Positions 36,003 through 51,300 of a stretch of 64,000 bases of DNA are shown piece after piece. The DNA comes from Catajapyx aquilonaris. Its lineage: Eukaryota. Position 1 is the stretch's first letter, and the number at the start of each line of letters is the position of its first letter. A program made the translations under genes and the position numbers. The notes under the pieces were generated by a model. The model was not told where the DNA came from and ran no database searches. It saw only the letters and a list, made by a program, of their open reading frames with translations. The stretch lies in NCBI GenBank assembly GCA_000934665.2, contig JYFJ02001088.1, forward strand, positions 1-64,000, given 5' to 3'.

Positions 36003-39000
36003 AACTGGTAGTAAAGAGATGGGCTTAGGCCTGGAAGTTTGAGCCCCTGAAAAAGCCGCAACCAGTAAAGCAATAGAGCTGCATATGTTAGCTAACTTCC
36101 AGGATAAAGCCCAGTGTTCGCTGCATCAAGCACCATCACTTATGTGTTTAGTGACACATTGTTGGAAAGTCGCATGTGTCGGTACCACCCACTATATTAC
36201 TGGACAACCACAAGAATGGGATAATGAATGCCCTACATGCAACAATTTCCTGTAATAAGTATTTACGCCGACTCTTTGTCCCGATACTGAGAACCGTCTA
36301 TTTTTGGTACGATTACACCGAATTTTCACACTGAAAACGCTTCAGACGCGTTTCCCTGTAAAATTGTGCGGTTTCGACCTTTCAAGGTGGGGGCCACAAT
36401 GGCCACTAATCGTCGCATTCAACTTTTCCCATTCGTGGGCACTCCAAGTATAAAATGAACATTTATCGCCCCTTTTTCTCAATAGTCCGCTTCCCACAAA
36501 ACGGCAAAGTGGTAGTCGTCCGCTCTCATAGAAATGGAAAACTATTCGTCTGCTGCTTCTGGACCCTACCGCTCCTTGTACCCATGTGTCGTGGGTGAAA
36601 GAGAGAGTGGAAACAGGAATCTGACCTGTTTTTCAACACGGTTCTTCTAATGTCTTCAGGCCCGGATTCAGGGGGGCAGTTCTTCCACCATCCCAACAGC
36701 GCGTGGAAAAGAAGAAGAAGAAGAAAAAAATCCAGCAAAATACCTTCAAGGGTCCAGTTTCGGTTCTAAGAATGGAATGGGTTCGTCTTACCGCAACCTG
36801 CATAGGATAGGAAGTAGCGTTTTGTTCCACTCTTCTGGTTTCCTCCACGAGGCTACCTTTTATTATTATTATTTTTTTTGTACAAAATATATACCATGGG
36901 AACTAGGGGTGGGCGGGTGGCACGAAAATTTCAGGAAGACATTCAAACATGCGTGAAGGTGGCAGTAATCAAGCACATTCCCTGCTGGATTTCAACTGGA
37001 ACGAAACATGTCCAAGATGCGTATCGTTCAAACACGATTTCATAACAGGTGAACTACATTCTTGGATTAGATGGCACCACGCGGCAAAAATGTGACAACT
37101 TCTCAAGTGAAATAGCAGCTCAAACGCCCTCTCTTTTTAGTTATCAAGCTTTAATCAGGATCAAGCCCGACACTAATGCCTATTTAGCAGCCCATTCATA
37201 CGAGAAGTAACTGCACCCTCAGGGTATGGACGAACTTCTTTGTGGCACGTAACTCTGTCCTCGTGACCCCCCCTCCCTTGGCACCCCCTCTAACATCACA
37301 CACACACACATACACAGTCTTCTTTCCCACGCGCACATCAACCTAACCCTGACCTTGAGACGAGGCGTGCATCTCATTCTCTGTCTAGCTCAATCATAAA
37401 GCATCCTCCTTTTTTCCTTTTGTGGTCTGTCTTCCTTGCTCGAGACACATGGGACTTCTAAACAGGAATCTCTAAAAAGAAGTGTTTATTTGTTTATTGA
37501 TGTGTGAACCGCAGACGAAATATTTGGACCGATTTTGAAGATACCGCACCGTGTTTTTTTTTTTCTTCTTCCCATGATGGCCCTCCCTGCTCATCTCTTT
37601 CATTCCCAATTCATCCCAATTGGTGAGGCTGCGGGGTTGCAGTGACAAGAGGCTTTTGGAGTGTTCTTTTGAGACTGCTGGTTCCCCCAAAAAAGGACCA
37701 GTTTTTTTTTCTATATAAAACCAACCTCTTCACGTGCCTGACCTCCCAAAAATTCCGGATCTTTGCATGACCCTCCCCACCTGTCCATTCCCAGAATCCT
37801 GAAGGAGCAGGCCTCGGGTGTACATGAAAATTGCACGGTGTTTTCATTCATAAGAGGTAGGGGGCTGGTTTTCTTACCAGGGGAAAAAGGCGAGGCGATT
37901 TTTGGCCCCCGGAGAATGTTTACGGTGATGAATGAGAGGGGTCGGCTGTAAGGAATGCCTCCCCTCTACCTTGCCCTCCCTCCAGACCACCCTACCACCC
38001 ACCCTCTTACACTTTTTTTTTTCTTCTCTTCAACTTCTTCTCTTCTGCTTTTCAAGGGCAGAACTTGGGAGGCCTCTGAGCTGCCAACCGCAATGTGCAC
38101 TTGCTCAATTACAACTCTACTAGCTGGAAATGACCACTAAAATCATTACATTTGAATCCTTCAAGTGTTGGCCACGATCGTATCCGGCCAAGTGCCGCAT
38201 TACGTTCTGTACGTAAAACCGGAATGTTTCTACGATGTTGGTTGGTAGTTCTAATCATTGATATCCAGGCCAGCAACCTCCATTTTTTTTAAACCCTTTC
38301 CCCCCGTCGACTCACGTTTTGGACATAGACCACCGCCAGTGAGGATTATTCGGGAAGCCTGGAATTACACGACGTGCTCCTGAAGCCGCGGCGTGGCCTC
38401 TTGGTAAAATATTTCGGAAAATTAGATGGGGTGGAAAACCGGTAGGGTTGGTGGAAGAGGAATGCAGTAAGAATCTGGTCGTCCAATAGCAATCTCCAGA
38501 CGTAGACCAATTATAAAGCATCCGTTCTAGACCCCGTATAGATGCTGGAACGATATCAGACCATGTGCAAATGTCCAAAAAGGATTGGTGTCTGCTGTCT
38601 GCTTTTAGGGGGCAAAAGATGCTGTCATTTGCTTTAAATTCACTACCTCAAGAATATCCAGTGTGGGCGTGGGTCGAGGAAAGGTCATGGAGTTAGTCAT
38701 TCGCGTTTTTTTCTATTTCTTTTATTTTTTTATGGAAGTTATTAGGACGTCTGGGTATACACATGTTATACTGGCCTGCGTCACATGCGACCTTCAATGG
38801 GAGCGTTCTCCCAAAGCCCTTGAGTTATGCAAGTTTAAAGCTCGATGTCGCCAAAGGGGTGGTGCTTCAACAATGTATAGAAGTCTTCAGGATGTTATTG
38901 CATACATAGTAAGGGTGTGACTGTGTCCATGCGCAATGCACTTCCACGAATATCTCTTATCCCTTCAACGAACTAGCCAAGTTGTTGACTGTACCTGTCG

Positions 39001-42000
39001 ATTAACCGCAGGTGGACTCCAGAGTAAATCGAACATCATCTCTATACAGACAGATAGAAGAAAAGCCCAGCCTTAAAAATACACTTGCACATTCGCGATT
39101 ATTTGTTAAGTAACAACAACGAGGTCATTTACATTACAATGTGAAGTCGCAAACTCTTTGTTTGCTAACACATTTTGGGATGGCCTACAGGTGATGGAAG
39201 TGCAGGGGTTACTGGGGGTCAATCGAGTCAAGTGACTCTGTGGGCGATGGGGTTAGAGAGAAAGTGAAGGTGACAAGGAAGACGACGGGTGGGGCCCGAC
39301 TTATCTAAGCATTTTTAGCTGAGATTAGCAACTCTTTGCCAACCCACACCGAAAATGAAGTGGGTCTAATGCTGGGTTTAGACACAAAACTCTCTGCAGG
39401 CTTCTACTTCTTGTGGATAGACCCCCCAACCAGTACGTCTCTTCCAAGGTCAAAATTGTTTTCATGTCCAACTGGGCCTGCCTCACTCGCAATTTAAATT
39501 TAAATAAAACGGGTATAAATTGAAAGATACAGTACATTTGAAGCCAATTATCGTAGTAACAAGGCTGCTAATAACCCATGACAACTCGACAAAAAGTGAT
39601 CCTCTAATGACCAGGAATTCGCCCTATAGACGTTTGTCTGAATCATTACGAAACACTGTGTATACACACTGTAGGTATTCGTTGGCAGAATTTCACACCC
39701 ACGTAGCTCCAAACTGGGCGGAGTCCACACTGGCAAGAATGCATGTACTTCTTGATGGCTGAACCTTTCTGTCTCGGAATTCAGAGAGAATGCGGAATCC
39801 AACATGTATTCTCCTGTTATGTTTCCCACAGGTTTTTCCCAGCACATTTGGCACTTCCTATCTGTGTTGCTGCATCACCCAGTCAGATTAGGGCGCGTGC
39901 ATCTCTCATCCCTGATGTCCCCAAACAGGTGCTCCAACAATGCACCAAGTCTAGGTGGCTGCATTACATCAGAGACTTTTGAGACTCTGTTTACACAACA
40001 TGGCTGAAAGCACATTCCACGGACCCTGGGAAAATGGGCAAGAAGTCGCCAGAGAAGAAAGAAAGAAAGGAGAAAAAAAACCCACCTCCATTCAATTTCC
40101 ACCCTTGACAACCTGTTACCTCCCTTGTCAGACACCCTGCCGACAACAAGGTTACCCAAAAACCATATCAAACATGCAATAATGCAAAAATGTAGCCAAA
40201 TAGAAAGGGTTGGTTGTTGGTACGAGGCATTCCTCAGCAACCTGTGCCTTTCCACCTTTCCCTCCCACCACCAACCCAGCAACAGCCACCCATTATCCCC
40301 TGCATTCCTCGGGCAGTACAAAGGAAGGAGAGCAACGGAGGGCCCTCCAGCAGGTTGACGGTGTCAAGGGGAGAGAAACTCCAGTTTTTGGGGAGCTTAC
40401 ACACACACACACACCCCTGGTCTTCCAGTCCTGCCAACACCGCACAGGAAGTTAGAAACTTTTGACCCTACAAAAAGATAGGACACCTGACCTGATGTCT
40501 CAGAAACATCGCAATGAATCATTTCCAAATTTTTCAGGCGGAAATTCGGTATCTAATCATTGCTGAAGAATGAATGGACTGTTTTCTTGATTTTTGAGAG
40601 GCGGTTTTTTTCGAGTTGGTAGCACCGGGAGAGAGGACAGGACTTTGGAAAAAGAAAAAAGATTTGTAGTCGGGTCGATGACTCTGAGATTGGGAAAAGG
40701 GCAGGTCGTGGTGCCGGCAGGTCCCGGCCATTTCACACGCCCCTGTTCCGTCCACCATCACAAAAGTCAATTTTCTGGGCCATCTCCACAACTCCCTCTA
40801 AAAACGGCCCTGTTGTTTCCTTGTCTGACAGTGAGACAGGCGAGAAAAACTGAGTGTTGCGGCCCATTGTTGGTTCCTTTGTGCTGTCGTTTGTGTTCCT
40901 TTTTCTTCGGTTGTTCAGCCCTTCCTTTTTCACATTCATCCGGAGCCACATTATGCAGTAAGCTTCTTTCGATTAACTTCATATTTCAGATGTCCTCGAA
41001 TCGTAAAAGTCAGCATGTTGACTTTTAAAACCTCCACACAGAAATGTCGCTCGTCTAGTTTACAGTGGGTCCACCTGTAAGTAATGAAGCTGGATAACAA
41101 TGTTGATTGCAATCAGTGGGAACCAAAAACGTATTTTGAGGCCAGCCACTATTTTGTCTCATTAGGTCGTTTGGGCTGATTGGCGCCGGTGCCATTACCA
41201 ATTCCCATCAGGTAAGCCACATCTAACACCGCCATTAAATTAATAACGCCATTTCAAAACCGCAATAGACCTGCAAAAAAATTCCACAAAAAAATGCAAG
41301 AAAAGAAGGCGGATCCCGAGGCATGTTTCGAGGTGAGGCCTTCACCTCCGTGACTGACTTCCACCTGCCCACTTCTTTATGCTGCTATGGCCGAGATAAT
41401 CAGCTGGTGGGCAGAACCAATGAAAGGGCCTCACTGGTCGGAATCTCACCTGCTTCTGGCGGTATGGCTCTCTCCTTGGGGGAGGAGTCTCCTTCAAGCG
41501 GATGAATATCTGTGGCCGCGGCTAAAAGGCGGCGACTTCTTTTCTCTTTTTCTGATGGGGCCTAGGCCTGGGTCTGTCTGGGGCTCCCAATGGGGGTTTC
41601 GCTTGTCCTTTCTCTTCGGTTGGCCTGGGGAAGGCCCCTGTGGTATACGTCCTTGAAGTGTGCTTTATTTTTCACGAGTCGCAGATTTGCTGTGCTGGAT
41701 GACGTTATCGGACGTTTATAGCATGGGAAAAATAGCATTTCTTATATAAAGACCCGGCTTGGGGCAGCCATTTTGTCGACAAAGGATTTCTTGCTCGAGT
41801 ATGTGCTGGCTCATTTTATACTGCGACGTAGCAGCTACACTGAATATTCAAAGCGCATATCCATATTCGTAATCGAAGGCCCAACTGTAGCCCAAAAATA
41901 ATTCGCCATTTTTAAAGCAAAATGCGCCGAAATTGTTTTTCTATTCTCGGAGAGATCATGCAATCATGATCATGATTTGTAATATTTCACACAGACAATG

Positions 42001-42144
42001 CGTAAACAGGTGTTAAATGGCAACATTTTTCTGGCTGAATATTCATTACAGTATTCAAAATTATTTTATTCACACGCCACCAGCGTTATGCCCAAAATTC
42101 TAAGCATTCAAATAATATTTCAACGCATTTATAGAGCTTTAGAG

Positions 42145-42315
42145 CAGGGTTTCTCAACTTTTTTTTGCCCTTGCGGAGCCCTGAAAATAATATTGAAGTC
42201 TCAGGAAACACATACCAAATAAAAATTATTATAGGCTACTAATGACCCAAAAACATTTACGTATAGTCTAAAATTCATCACTATTTCTCGCAGAACCCCG
42301 GTTGCGAAACCCTTG
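42145..42315. mobile_element. hAT (Charlie-like) MITE
   Basis: Termini CAGGGTTTCTCAA...TTGCGAAACCCTTG with 8-bp flanks CTTTAGAG and ACTTAGAG (degenerate TSD, NNNTAGAN-type). Confidence 0.7.
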
Positions 42316-45300
42316 ACTTAGAGTGTATCAACACTTCCAGCATATTTTTGCGCAGATAACGTCCTATTTTCACATGTGAAAATAGGCCGTCGCTAATGAA
42401 TGGAACTGCTATATATGTGCTGTCAACACTTTCACACGCTACACTTGCGACCGCCGTATCTATAATTAAACGGCTAGTACTCTGAGCATCCGCTCTGTGG
42501 TTTTCCATTCAGAGAGGAACGGTAAACCTCCAGGAAACCCTCAGAAAGGAACAGGAAGACGTCCAGGAAGGGACTGCGACAGGACCTGCAACTTGTAGCG
42601 GCGCCTGTAATGTAATGCCAAAAGCAGAACGTGGTAGGGGGGTGTTCGAGAATTCCAGGCCTTCCGGTTGGTAACAAGGACAGAAATAATTCTTTAGGCA
42701 AGTTCAATTAGCGACCTATGGGTCAAATCGTCCGCGAAGATTCCAGGCCACAATCGGCTGCTTTGTTGGTAGATCCTGCGAGACCAGTTCTGGCACAAAA
42801 CTCTTCTTTCAGCAGCATCTCTTCTCCTCTTTCCTGGCTTCTGGCCAGATGTGTGAAATTCCAACTTCATACAAAGAAAAACCGTGTGAGTGCTGGAAAT
42901 ATTGAGTGGTCAAAATTGCAGTAATTTCGCCCTGTTATTTGAGCTAATATAAACATTTCGTAGGGGTTTGCAATTTGAAGTGAAACTGGTTTTATTGTGC
43001 ATGGGTGGTAGTTTCTTAATTTAGTATGCGACAGGTAGCCTATCGAAGCACTAAAATATTTAACTGGAAAGGCAGGCTTCAACATCTATACTGGGAGGCG
43101 CTGCAAAGTGCAGTAAAACCTGTCCTATATAAAATGCAGACGGCCATAAAGGCGCTATGCAAGTGTGGTTCCAGCCTGTAAATACCTTAGTCGGAGGTAT
43201 TTTGCGCTATAGGCTAAATGCATTAGGGTCGATCGTCTTCCATCATAATGGCTTGAAGGATATTATCATTACCGATCCATCGGATTAGCTACAACAATGT
43301 TGCTGGTAGGACTCGTTGCACCAATGGATGTTTCCAAGACTGATGTGGAATGGAATCAGTACTATTACAGTTATTGTCGTCACCCAGCTGATGTCCCTCA
43401 TCTTGGGAGATTGCTGACCTTCTGGGATCACTTCTCTCCATTTTCGCTATTGACCTCTCCATGGCTAAACTGTGCGAATTCCAGGGCATCGACCTTATTA
43501 AAACTTCTCGCGGGGAATGATGCAGCAAATATTCATAATCATAACCGGGAATATGACCCATTTTGCCTCTGACTCTCCTATTTGCATTAAAATATCATTC
43601 ATCACTTAAATTCTCAACCACACGTCAAAATTACTGTATGATATTTAAAACATTTGAGGCTGTGTAGGCATTTGCACATATTTGTACGTAAAATAATCCA
43701 GTCATATACAAAGCATCATATTAAATACAGTGTGCATAATGTTACATAGTTCGATGCAAAAATTTTGATTGACAAAATATCAGACGTTACGACGCAGGAT
43801 TAGCTTGAAGGCCAAGATGCAAGTCTTTAATAAAATTAAAGGATCATCCATTTGTAATATTTTAAATAGCAAACCCATCATCCGCTCTCTCAAGATGGAT
43901 CAAAACACTGCACTTATCACTGTATGCACCCGATATCCTCCTATATAGTGTGAGGTCAATAATCCCCAGGGAGCACTCGACGGCTATAACTGCATTGATT
44001 AATGTGTCACAGTGTATAAACCAATATTTATGTCCAACGTGTCTTATCTGCACTCATGTGAATGATCACACTTTTTCCCCGCATACTTCCTCTTCCAGCA
44101 AAATAAAAAGTCTCCATCAGTATGACTGGTGCTGGCCTGACAAAGTGCTCCACTGCAAAGAAGTGACTGGCTCATCACTTTGAGCTAATTGGAACCGTAA
44201 CCATTGTTAAAAGGACGGGATGGACGTAGGGTTGTTCACAGCAGTCATAAAGAGTCTCTGTGGCCGTCGCACCCTGCCGGAAGAGGAGAAGGTCGAAAGA
44301 GAGGGCAACAAAGCGCCTTTCAAGGAAACACTCTTGCTTCTGGGCTTGGTGACCGAGCAGAGGGGTGTAGACCCTGACTTTTGGACTTCATATACACTTC
44401 TTCCGGGCACTCCATCATTCTGGAGAAGGGGGGACCATGCACCAGCTCCACTCACTTTTCCGGACTTCCTTCACAAAACGGTACCGTGTTCCCCGGCTTC
44501 CCCCTTGGGGACCATCACCCCCCTCTTTTTCGGCAATTTAGCACCGGGTTGTAAGGGTAGCCTCTAGGCAGACTTAATTACCCGGGGTTTGTCAATGGGG
44601 GTTGACAACAGCTTGAGCGGCTCTAGTGTAATCAGAGCCTGAGTATATACAGGCAGCCGAGAAATCCCAGGCGCCGTAAAAAGTGTCAATAAATATAACT
44701 CAATAACACGACTTCCTCCCCGGTCTGCCATTTACTCCAAAAGTCAACAAATTGGGTAGGATATCAGAGTCAACAGCAGACATGGCCGGCTGCATGAAAG
44801 AAAATTAGGCCAAATCTCAGATTATGTACAGGTATTTGATAAGCCAGCATAATTTTACATGTTTACCTCGTGTGTTTTATGTTTTTCGCAGTTGACATAT
44901 CTCTGGCAGAAACATTGTATTTCAGTCGATCAGTTAAATGCTGTCCTATAGTCCCCACGTGCTGCTGATAAAACAAAGGTAACCCACTAACCTAGTGATA
45001 ATCGACATTGTATAACACACCCCCCCCCCCCCGCCCAAGAACTATTTAACGCATCTAATCTGACAATCCAAACACTAAAGTTCAAAATCCCTTTCTCTCT
45101 ATCATTATACTCCACAGGAAATAGGCTCTCTAGGGTGCACAATATAAGCTAGCACAAAAACGTTATTATTATTGCCCCCCATCCTTTCCACAAAAATAGC
45201 ATTAGGTCCATTGCCGTGTTGTCTTCACAATGTAGTTCACACTGTTATTTGTAAAATGGCCCCCACTTTGGAGACCCTCTCTCCCTCCCTTACAGAAAAG

Positions 45301-48300
45301 TGTGGGTGGTTCTTCCCATTTTCTTGGAAAATGGGGAGGAAGAGAGGGGGGTGCGCCCCTTGGTCATTGATGCTGGAGCCATTTGCCTCGGGTCATGCCA
45401 GTGTCAACCCCCCTCGGAGCTGCTTGGGGGGGCAACTTGGAAAAAGGAAGATTCGTCGGAGGGGTGGAAAAAGAAGGACCACCCCTCAAACCTCTTGCAA
45501 GGTTCTAGGGCGGAAAGGAATGGGTGGAGGAAGGTTGTGGTTTAGAGAGGGTGGGGGAAGGAAACAGGTTGTTTTTTTTGTCTATACGGGAATTGTAGGG
45601 CACGAAAATATTGGGTAGAACCAGTCTAATATAACAGTTATGTGTGGCCTCTACAGCCAAAAATCCGCCATATTATTTCGACAAATCTATAATATCACAA
45701 TCCTTCCGATTGGCTGGCCGATTATTGTTTGCGCGACGCTCCCGATTAGCTCCCCGTTCTGCGCCTGCGCAATTGTGGAGACAGCGCCTCTGGTGGATGG
45801 AAGGAGGAAATAGTGAACAAATTTAGCCACGACCATTGAACAAAATGTGATTGTCCAAAAATTCTTACATATTGTCAACTCTTAGGCAAGAAAACGTCTT
45901 TGTTGTCCATCCATGCCAGGAATCTTATATGTTGATCGGCGCATTAATGAATCATTCGAGGACCGGAATGAAAAATGAGTGCGGGTGTAGAAGAAAGGCA
46001 GAGTGGCTTTCGGGGGGGCAGCTCATTCATCCTTCCGCCTGTCTCATTCATTCCGGAGGCCTCTAGGATTCTGGAGATGTGTCGGGGAGGGTGACTTTGG
46101 GCAAGGCGGCGGCAAGGGTCAGGAGGAACCTCAAAAATTTTTGGAGGGGGTTGAAGATGTGGTGTGGGGGGAAGAGAGGGACCGCCCGTGGGATTCTGGT
46201 AGGGGGAGCATTCCTGGACTCTAATGAGCCTCAGGACCTCTCTTCTTCGTCGTGGAGATGCAGAAGCCCCGGAGGCGGCAACTCCCACACTAGAGGTCCC
46301 CCGAAAGAGAGAACTGAGAAAAAAAGGTGTGTCTAGGGAGCAGGGAAGGGGCTGAAGTCTTCATTAGCCACCCATGAGCTACTCGGAGGGGATTTTCCGC
46401 CAGACTAACTCATATATACCTGGAGAGGAAAAACCTTTAAGATTTTCTGAAGAGATGAATTCTGATGGACTATTCTTCTCCTCACCATGGGCTTTGGGGT
46501 ATTTGTTTTGTTCCGCTGTCCCATTCCGGGATGCGTACAGCGGGAATGTTTCCGGGATTACGGGGATTCTCCCTGCCGGGTAAGTAATGACCCTTCGGAC
46601 TGTAATGGCATTGTGCGTGTCCCGTACACTCTCATCTGGGGCAATTGTTATCAATCACTGTGCGAAGAACGGGTCCCCCTGCTAGTCTTTAATAGAGGGC
46701 AGACTAAAAAGCAGCTAATCAGGAAATGGGAATCGTGACGTGTGACCAGGCCACTCCCAGGCTAAAACAAATTTAGGGTCAAACAATCCCGCGCCCCTCA
46801 ACCCTAAACATGTCACCTAAACAAGGTGGGCTCGACTGCAAACCTAACCTCTAAAAAATGGTGAGAGGGATGGCCAGGGTGGTGGGGTTTTTTGAAGGGG
46901 GGGGGGGGGGGGTTAGTCCTTGTGCGATTCGGCGGCCGTTCCAAAAACTAAGCTCGTCCTTGTACCTGCCGGAGAACGGGGCCGTAACCGTAAATCACGC
47001 CGCCCAACGGATTCGGCCTTATCACGCAATTATCACCAAGGAGACATTGATGAAAAGCCTCGCAGAGAAAGAAAGGGAAAAGAAGAAGGCATGAAGAAAA
47101 AAATGCTGGGAAAAAGGGATGGAGGAATATATACCATTAAACATGACTTACTGGCAGGTCACTGGTGACACGTTTTTTTCCGTATCAGTAATGGAAAAGT
47201 CACTGATTAGTATGTTTCTTAAACGATATTAAACGATTCAACGTACGTCTTGAAGATGCTTTCCGACAGTAGTAGTACATAGTCCCCGATCAGTTGGCGC
47301 ATAAGCTGCACACTACTGCCACTCTCAGGGGGGAAATAGTACTACATGCACATTGGTGATGAGCGGACAAAGCCCAACAGGGTGCTATAACCAGCACGTG
47401 TCTCGCCTCCATTGAAGTGGGTCCCACCCTCTCTCTAATTATTGAACGGGGAAAGTGAAAACTATGGTAACTACTCACCCAGTCGATGAGTCAACACGGT
47501 CAAAGAAGCGGACAGACAGAATAAGGGGATTAGCATATAGGATTAAAAAAGTTGAACAGTATGATCATTTTATAGTGTATGCTATATGAAAAGATTCAAT
47601 GATTGGCTGATAATATCCAGCCTCCGGGCCGTAATTCACTCAAAATTCAGATTTGGACACAAATTAAACGATCCTTTAGATGGAGTTGGCAGATACCTGT
47701 CTGATCTGATCTGTTAGAAAAGCGGTCCCGATAATCCGGGTCCGCCAGCAAGGATTTTTCCCTTCCCCGCCGATAGCAAAGCAATGAAGGCGGTAGAAAA
47801 ATAGCGGCATAGTCCGACAAATCACGGAAAGGAATTTTAATGGTCGAAGGAGAAGAAGGAGCGGCGAATGAAGAATTGGATACGCTGGCCATTAGGGGAG
47901 TGAAATTGTGGCTTGTTAAAATTCGGCGGCACCGGTGCATCAAAAAGGTCAAAAAGTGAATTTGTCATCGCCTAAGCAATTTTTAGATGGGGGACCAATC
48001 TTATGTACTTTTTTGACAAAGTTCGTCTCCGATCACCTCACCTGCAATTTCACTTCTTTGTTTTTGCGGATCAGGACAAAAACCGAGACATTTTACATCC
48101 TCCTTGGTCATTTGCCAGGGGGAATTTCCAGACTGGTGAATGTTTGTCCTTCGCATATCATTTACTGCGCCGACTTCCGCTCAGATGCTGCGCTGCAACT
48201 GAGTTCGTATAATACCTTCCAAATTACAAAAAAAACGGTGTGATCTCGCAGGTAGTTGCTAAGACCCCAGCAGTTTTTCTGTGACTGTTCCTGGCTGGTG

Positions 48301-51300
48301 GGCCAAGATGAATTCCGGGCAAATGACAACGGGCGGGCTTTGTGTGGAATTCCTTGTACTGCTGCACCAAATGAGGTGCTTTCAATGCTGCCCGGCAGGT
48401 CCGCGGAACAATACAGAACATTCCCTCCCACCCTGAAGCCATCCCAACGTTGTTTCAGACTAAATTGAGGCATCAATCCACGTTGGTTTTTTATTAGGAC
48501 CGGTATATATTCGAATACTATATTTGACTCGAGTATAAGGGTGGTCACAATCAAACAAAGAATGTCTTAGGCCCTCTGGATATATGAATGTGCCGGTGCA
48601 GTACTGGTATACACACCTGCAAAGCAAGATGCCAAAAGCAAAATATGTACGTTAAAATCATAAACAGAGTTTCAAACATTTTATTTGTTTTTATACACAT
48701 TTTTCTTATATTACTGTAGATAATTTCAATATTATTTATTTATTTTGTTGTGCAAATGAAAACATTTATTAGAACCCTCTACTTCGATATGATCTCCTCA
48801 TCACATCCAGATGAAAATTTATTTTTGGATTAACTTTCGGCGTTTGCTGCAATAATTTTTTGGTTGCTATGCGAACTACATTTCCGCAGCGGTTCGCGTG
48901 TACCAAAGTTGTTATCGGGCCTAGTACACCCCGGCGTTACGTAATTTAGACCTCAGAGCATGGGTGTTGCTTTGTTCGAACATTATCACATCCATTCGTT
49001 GGCTGCAATCTGAGCAGCATATTGGTTTTGCCCGGCAGGGTCACTGACACTACTCGCCCACACACATGAATCCGGAATGCCAATATCCGCCAAATACGAC
49101 TCATGTATAGGGTGATGTGAAAGTTTATGGCCTCTACATCATACCATTTAAGCCACTTGTGTTTCTTTGTTTAGAAGTATAGTACCTATTAGTAACTGCA
49201 ATTTACAGGTAATGACCTAATAGGAAAGGCATCATTTCTACTTACATTGTACAATAAAAGACGATTAGCAGACTAGTGGATTTTGAGCGAATATTTTTGC
49301 CATCTTGTGAGAGTGCATTGACCTACCAATATTCGTATTACTTACTTCAATATTCGCGAATCTTACAATGCCGCCTGTTGTATCCTTCATGCAGTACTGC
49401 GCTTCCGTTTGAGCATTACTATTGCACATTCATAAAAATTAATAATTTAAAAATGCTTAAGCATGAACTATGGACGAGATCAATACATATCACTCTAGAG
49501 TCTAGAACACGAATTATAATATATTTGAATGTTTTTCTCGAACTCTGAATATTCTGGAATCTGTATGTGATGATCTGAATTAGAGTTCGGTCCTCGCTGC
49601 CCTTAGACACTGCATGCAGTCATAAAAGCATACTTTCTCATTGCCTAAATAATTTGCAGCTAAATCAATTATTACACTCTCCTAGAATTTTCTAATTTTT
49701 CCCCCCATAAAGTATAACTCATATCTGCTGAAATCGTTCCAAAATTATCCATTTCATGTCTTCACATTCACACTTGCTAAAATCACATGCTACAAGATAG
49801 ACTGCACAACTTCTAATATAAAAAAAGTTCCATACATTGTATCAACATTACACGCATTATCACCCCCATAAAAACACAGCTCCAAACTCCATTTTTTCCC
49901 CCCTTCCCCCTCCTGCTAGCTCGGGGCCAAACTTAGGGTCAGCACCCATGTTAAAAATCCGAATAAATAAGTTTACATGGTTCGATAGTAAACAAAAGTG
50001 ATACAGCAACGGGCTGCGTGATGCTCCATTCACTGAATAATCGCATGGAATGCAAAGGGCTCGCGAATGAATGGAGCCCCCGGTGCACTGGCCTCCCGGG
50101 GCCTGCAATCATCTCAGCCGGGGTTACATTGTCTGCAACACTGCTATATTTATAATCCTTGACTCAAGGTCGGTGGACTTGAGTTCGCCAAACTAGATAC
50201 CCGGCCAGATTTTGCCCCCAATGGACTTTGCGAACTCTGGCCCACCGATTATGCAAATCCACCAAACAGGAAGAATGATAGCAGTTTTCATCATTTCCGC
50301 CTGTGCTTCTATCAATGGGATGTCTTCAAACTACAGGGTGTACATCATATTTTTTTTTTGCACATTAGTATGGCCGTGACCGAGGCTGAGAGAGGCGGAT
50401 AAAGGGGGCGGCTTTGGTCCGCTTTTCTTTCCCTTATACATTTTCCAGGCGTTACGGACCGCCCAGATGACTGATAATATTCGCGAACCTTGCTGGACCC
50501 TCCCCATCGTTAATCCTCTGCTTAATTGCCAGTCCCAGCTTTCTTTTTTCATTTTTTTTTTCTTCAAGTCGTTATTTGCAAGGAATCTATTCGAATGGAC
50601 ACGTGGTGAACGTTTCAAGTGATTTGGGAGTTGCGCACTTCAGTTTCCCTGGCCACTCACGCCCATCATAATTTGAGACTGTTGGAGATAAACTCGTTAC
50701 TGTATATTATGGCACGACATATATGCGCTGTAAAATGATTTTATACGTTTTGCTGGAGCATCTCAGTCGAAAAATGAAAAAAATGCAGTAAAAGTATAAT
50801 TTATTCGTTTGGGTAAGTGGTAGTATAATAAGCAAAAATCATGTGAATTGTTATGCAGTCGTCAAAGAGCATAAACAAAGCAATTTCTGCAACGCCGTAC
50901 ATATGTGTACACTGTGCATGTTGTGTAAATGTATAAATTGTGCCGATTGTCAATTGCAAAGTAAATATATTTCTAAAAAAAAATCAGCTTCTCCTTGCCC
51001 AGGGCGGTCCACTTGTCGCTAAGTCCACATTCCAAGAGGTATTGTTTACTTCAGCAAAACCTGTACAGAAAAAAAAGCAACAATCACGACAGGTGGATTA
51101 GCCAAAACCGCAATAATTTAAATGGTTGCCATCACATATTCTCCTCTTACCTCACGACATTTCTGGATGTCACGTTATTTCGTGCTGTGACAGGTGCTTC
51201 ACACAATGGTATCGAGTTTGTCAGCAGGTTGGCACACTTGTACACATCCTTGTTTTTTAACCTTCCTTCAGCAAGCGGGAGCATCAAAACAATCTCATGA

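Noticed and set aside
45848..45868. TGATTGTCCAAA...AATTCT resembling miR-219
   Set aside because: Lacks the internal CGC and has no complementary star arm or hairpin nearby.
35064..48547. Scattered Gli/Ci-like GACCACCC motifs (about 35064, 37985, 45477 and 48540)
   Set aside because: None is the full GACCACCCA consensus and they are unclustered over more than 13 kb.
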